64,000 nucleotides of DNA from an uncultured Marinoscillum sp. (GTDB taxonomy: Bacteria; Bacteroidota; Bacteroidia; Cytophagales; MED-G16), in assembly GCA_902529805.1 (NCBI GenBank), contig CABZXU010000008.1, forward strand, positions 468-64,467. The letters run 5' to 3'. Both the position numbers and the translations under genes were made by a program. The stretch's first letter is position 1, and the number at the start of each line of letters is the position of its first letter. Shown here one piece after another: positions 60,061 through 64,000 of this stretch. Under the pieces are notes generated by a model. That model was not told the origin of the DNA, ran no database searches, and worked only from the letters and a program-made list of their open reading frames with translations.

Positions 60061-61323
60061 ATGAAGCTAAAGTTTTTACTATTTATATCTTTATTTTTTA
60101 CTTTAAAATTATTTTCTCAAACCACTTCACCCTTTACTTCTGTAACAGGTATTGGAGAGTTAAATGATTTGGGCTACTCCAACAATGTAGCTATGGGTGG
60201 TGTTGGGATTAGCAATGGGTCTGTTTGGCATTTAAACAATCAAAACCCCGCGGCTTTAACTTCAAATATTTTTACCACTTTTGAAATGGGACTTTCCTCT
60301 GATCTAAGACAAGTATCGAATAATAAAATAACTGATTTAAATGGAAGTGCTAATTTAAACTATATTGGTTTTGGTGTACCAATTATAAAAAGTGGAAAAT
60401 GGGTTTCATCTTTTGGCTTTAATCCATTTAGTTCTGTCAATTATGTTTTATATAACGAAGAGGTTTTAGAGAATACTTCTGCAGTTGCAAGATATAGATA
60501 TGAGGGCGAAGGTGGCTTGACTCAAGCATATTGGTCTAATGGATTTAAAATTTCAAAAGATTTATCTCTTGGGCTAAAAGGGTCATATATTTTTGGAAAT
60601 GTTAAAAATGAAACAAGTGTTATTTTAACTAATGAAGAAAAATTTTATACCACCCACTATGAAAGCTCTTCATACAATGATTATAATTTGACATCAGGAT
60701 TATTCTATAAAAAAGAATTAGTAGAAGATAAGTTTTTAAAAATAGGTTTCATTTATGATTTGAAATCTTCATTAAATGCAGATCGTTTTTCTAGATTGGA
60801 AAGAAGATTAGTTAACACAACTAATGTTGTGCCAATAGATACTCTAATTAATCATGAAATTCAAAAATTTTCTATACCAAAAAGTTATGGAATTGGTTTT
60901 TCTTATGAAAAATTAGACAAATTTTCTGTTGGTATTGAAGTAAAACTACAGTCTTGGAATAATAGAAGTGGTTTTCAAGACAATTATGATAACGTGGTTT
61001 ATAAAAACTTTTTGAAAATTTCTTCAGGAATTGAATTTATTCCAGACGCTCAAAATGTAGATAAATATTTAAAAAGATCTACGTATAGGTTTGGTGTTTT
61101 TTTTAAAAAATCTCCATATTTGATAAATAACAATCAAATTAATAATTTAGGATTGAATCTAGGTTTATCTCTCCCAGTTGGTTCTTTGTCAAGAATTAAT
61201 GTTGCAATGGAAATGGGAATTAGGGGAAGTGTAGATAAAACTTTTGTTAGAGAACGTTATTTTAAATTTGTTTTGGGAAGTTCAATTAACAATATTTGGT
61301 TCATTAAAAGAAAATTTGATTAA
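60061..61323 (+). CDS. outer-membrane beta-barrel protein (FadL/PorV-like family)
   Basis: Signal peptide; SPFT..GIGEL, AMGG, NPAAL, GEGGL and C-terminal WFIKRKFD. ATG 60061 is preferred to TTG 60052. Confidence 0.85.
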   Translation: MKLKFLLFISLFFTLKLFSQTTSPFTSVTGIGELNDLGYSNNVAMGGVGISNGSVWHLNNQNPAALTSNIFTTFEMGLSSDLRQVSNNKITDLNGSANLNYIGFGVPIIKSGKWVSSFGFNPFSSVNYVLYNEEVLENTSAVARYRYEGEGGLTQAYWSNGFKISKDLSLGLKGSYIFGNVKNETSVILTNEEKFYTTHYESSSYNDYNLTSGLFYKKELVEDKFLKIGFIYDLKSSLNADRFSRLERRLVNTTNVVPIDTLINHEIQKFSIPKSYGIGFSYEKLDKFSVGIEVKLQSWNNRSGFQDNYDNVVYKNFLKISSGIEFIPDAQNVDKYLKRSTYRFGVFFKKSPYLINNNQINNLGLNLGLSLPVGSLSRINVAMEMGIRGSVDKTFVRERYFKFVLGSSINNIWFIKRKFD

Positions 61324-61349
61324 TTTTACCTAAATAACATTGACTTATT

Positions 61350-62759
61350 ATGAGATTTATTGCCTTCTTATTTGTTAATATCATCTTTTCATCACTGGTT
61401 TCTGCTCAGCCTGGTTGGAATTGGCCTAATAATAAAAGTTCAGCAGAAGAAAAAAATGTTTTATATACCGATTATTTAAAAGAAGGGAACTGTGAAGCAG
61501 CTCTCGAACCACATACTTGGCTTCTTGATAGTGTGCCGAATCTTCATGTTTCACTTTATCAGAACGGTATTAAAATCTATCAATGCCTTATTAAAAATGA
61601 AAAAGATAAAGTTAAACGCGATCAGTTAATTGAAAAAGCACTAGAGATGTTTGATTTAAGGATAAAATACTTTAAAAGAGAAGCTTATGTTATTAATAGA
61701 AAAGCATTTTATGCATATCAATATTATAAGTCAAGCAAAGATCAATTTTCTTTTTTATATGAACTATTTAATAGAGCTTATGAACTTAATGATGATAAAA
61801 TTTCTAACAATAATATAGTTTCATTTATGGACTTAATGAGAAGATATAAAGCATCTTTTCCTGATAATATCAGTGATGATGAAATTTTAGAAAAATACAC
61901 CTTGATAACAGATGTTATTAGTAGAAAAATTTCAACTGAAAATATGAATATTAGTATTCATAATGATGATGAGAAGCCTAAGTATGAAAAAAATCTTGAA
62001 CGTCTAAAAAAATATCAGAGTTTGGTAGATGAGTTATTAACAAATACAGTAACTGTTGATTGTGATTTTATTTTCAATAAACTAGGTCCAAAATTAACAA
62101 ACTTAACATCAAATATTGATGGAGAAATCATGCAAACAAATTACGATGATATTGCACCTGTTTCAGATAATCCAGCAGTCTTGAATCTTGCAAAAGAAAT
62201 TTTTATGTTGTCTAGGAAAAATAAATGTGGTTTTACTGGAATTGTATTAACTGCTTCGAAGATTATTTTTGAAAACACCCCAGATGTTGGAATTGCTAAG
62301 ATTATAGCTTCTAATGTTCAAGATAATCTTTCTGAGGCTTTAGGCTATTATGACAGAGCGATTGAAGTGTCAGATGATAAAAACCAAAAGGCTGAGTTGC
62401 ATTTACTGAAGGCTACGTTATATAGAAAAAATAATCAAAAAGTTAATGCAAAACAAAGTGCTTTAGAAGCATTGATTGAAAATAATTCTTATAGAGAAGC
62501 ATATAAATTTATAGGTGATTTGTATATGGCAAGCTATGAGGATTGTAAAAAAGGTCAAAGTAGAGTAAAAGACAGGTTGGTTTTTATAGCTGCTCATAAA
62601 ATGTATATGAGGGGTGGGCATACTAAACAAGCACAATCAGCAAAAGCACAATTTCCTTCTGCTGAAGAAATTTTTACTGAAAATTATGAAGTTAAACAAC
62701 AACTGAAAGTAGATTGCTGGATTAATGAAACTGTAAATTTAGAAAAAAGAATAAATTAA
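61350..62759 (+). CDS. exported tetratricopeptide repeat protein
   Basis: Signal peptide, LYQNGIKIY, FDLRIKYF, TPR-like helices and C-terminal FPSAEEIF...CWINETV typical of a conserved Bacteroidota family. Confidence 0.85.
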   Translation: MRFIAFLFVNIIFSSLVSAQPGWNWPNNKSSAEEKNVLYTDYLKEGNCEAALEPHTWLLDSVPNLHVSLYQNGIKIYQCLIKNEKDKVKRDQLIEKALEMFDLRIKYFKREAYVINRKAFYAYQYYKSSKDQFSFLYELFNRAYELNDDKISNNNIVSFMDLMRRYKASFPDNISDDEILEKYTLITDVISRKISTENMNISIHNDDEKPKYEKNLERLKKYQSLVDELLTNTVTVDCDFIFNKLGPKLTNLTSNIDGEIMQTNYDDIAPVSDNPAVLNLAKEIFMLSRKNKCGFTGIVLTASKIIFENTPDVGIAKIIASNVQDNLSEALGYYDRAIEVSDDKNQKAELHLLKATLYRKNNQKVNAKQSALEALIENNSYREAYKFIGDLYMASYEDCKKGQSRVKDRLVFIAAHKMYMRGGHTKQAQSAKAQFPSAEEIFTENYEVKQQLKVDCWINETVNLEKRIN

Positions 62760-62764
62760 ATTTT

Positions 62765-64000
62765 ATGAAATTAAATGCCAAAACAATACAAGATTTAATT
62801 GATAGCATTCCAATTGTTAAACTTCTATCTAAAAATGTTGGTGCTGCAGGTGCTATAGGTTTTATTATACAAGACTTTGTTCTTCCTTTATATGGAGACT
62901 TCATTGTTCCAATTGTACTTTCTTTAGCTGGTGCAGGTTTGATTGCATTTGCTTTATGGTATTTTATATTTAAAATTGACACTTCTGATAACTTTAACCA
63001 CGTATCTTTTCAAGCTTCAATTGTATGTGTATTATTGTCAATTGTTATTTTTGGATTTAGTTTTTTATCAAAAGCTCTATCCGGGGAAGATGGTAGAGGA
63101 CTTTTAGGATCTCAGGTAGGTTTTGTCGCTGATTTACAAGATAATGCTAATGTATATCAAGAAGATGCTGCAGCCTTAGCTAAAATTGCTGAAAATTATT
63201 CTGATATGCAAATGCAGTTAGCTACTCTTAATAATCAAATAGCAAATCAAATGTCACAAAATGGTCAGTTAGATGATGATTTAAAGTCTCAAATAAGTGA
63301 AATTATGTCTACATCAGTTCCAGGAAATAATGATTCTTCACGAGTTACACAATTAGAGAAAGAACTTGATATTGCTTATGAGCTATTAAGACAGATGAGT
63401 ATGAATAATCAAGTCCTACAATCAGATGAAAAAGATGATTTTAAAGATAAAGTTCAACAAGCAAAAAATGATAGCATTTTTTCTATAATAGGATCTTTAA
63501 ATTCTCAAATAGAGAGTTTAGAAGAGGTTTCTTCAAGTATGTTAACTGATATTAAATCCTTAGATAAATCAGCTGAACTTGCTGAATTAAAAACATTAAC
63601 GCTTGAAATAATTGAAAAAGAAGATCAATTAACTAAAACAATTCAAGAATCGGAGAAGAGAGCTAATAAAACAATGAGAAAAGAACTTGATGAGATTTCA
63701 TCTTCTATCAGAAAAAGGAATAACAAAGGTGATAAGGAAAGCGAAAAATATTTAGATGAAATTGTAAGTTCATATGAAAAAGTTTTATCCAAAGTTGAAA
63801 ATAGAAAATCAAGAAAAGATGAAAGAAGTACAGAGAAACAGTTAGCTGAAACTCAGAAAGAGATAGATGATCTAAAAGGTAAATTGGTTGACTATGAGTC
63901 AGCACAAAGCGAAGATGAAGCTAATGAAGAATTGAGTTCACTGAAGACTTTAATTTCTCAATTGGAATCGTATAATGATGTTCAAACTTCAAATGTTGAA
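62765..64000 (+). CDS. large membrane-anchored coiled-coil protein of unknown function (3'-truncated by the window; not in the ORF track)
   Basis: ATG at 62765, 5 nt after the TPR gene stop, stays open for 412 codons to the window end. MKLNAKTIQDLIDSIPIVK..., then 2-3 hydrophobic segments, then about 300 aa rich in E/K/Q/S/L heptads. Confidence 0.85.
   Translation, partial: MKLNAKTIQDLIDSIPIVKLLSKNVGAAGAIGFIIQDFVLPLYGDFIVPIVLSLAGAGLIAFALWYFIFKIDTSDNFNHVSFQASIVCVLLSIVIFGFSFLSKALSGEDGRGLLGSQVGFVADLQDNANVYQEDAAALAKIAENYSDMQMQLATLNNQIANQMSQNGQLDDDLKSQISEIMSTSVPGNNDSSRVTQLEKELDIAYELLRQMSMNNQVLQSDEKDDFKDKVQQAKNDSIFSIIGSLNSQIESLEEVSSSMLTDIKSLDKSAELAELKTLTLEIIEKEDQLTKTIQESEKRANKTMRKELDEISSSIRKRNNKGDKESEKYLDEIVSSYEKVLSKVENRKSRKDERSTEKQLAETQKEIDDLKGKLVDYESAQSEDEANEELSSLKTLISQLESYNDVQTSNVE

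Noticed and set aside
62722-62982. 86-aa minus-strand ORF, and the 63708..63905 minus-strand ORF
   Set aside because: Both lie antisense to the much longer plus-strand ORF starting at 62765.

Overview
Very AT-rich (roughly one quarter G+C by eye), densely packed chromosome segment of a Bacteroidota bacterium. The gene order gldN-uvrC-PBP1A-sprE-M23-bactofilin-atpBEFHAG suggests a streamlined, probably marine Cytophagales-like lineage (inference). The window is mostly core genome: a three-gene 2-oxoacid oxidoreductase operon, a DPP-IV-like peptidase, uvrA/uvrC, hemW/hemD, the type IX secretion/gliding motor locus (porP-gldKLMN plus sprE), the F1Fo ATP synthase operon without atpD/atpC, a Na+-translocating oxaloacetate decarboxylase (oadGAB) running directly into thrB-thrC, glyQS-MMPL-ileS-lspA, recF, pdhA, ribH, nhaD and anmK. 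I saw no tRNA, rRNA, CRISPR array, integrase or IS element. The ORF track misses three things. Two genes carry a single extra base (+1 frameshift) in short homopolymer runs: the oxidoreductase alpha subunit near 1870 and sprE near 29480. A membrane-anchored coiled-coil ORF of at least 412 codons starts at 62765 and runs off the window end. The best candidates for something undescribed are that ORF, the oadGAB-thrBC operon, and a CX5R phosphatase translationally coupled to a kinase/PLP phospho-lyase fusion. None of these is proven novel without database searches.
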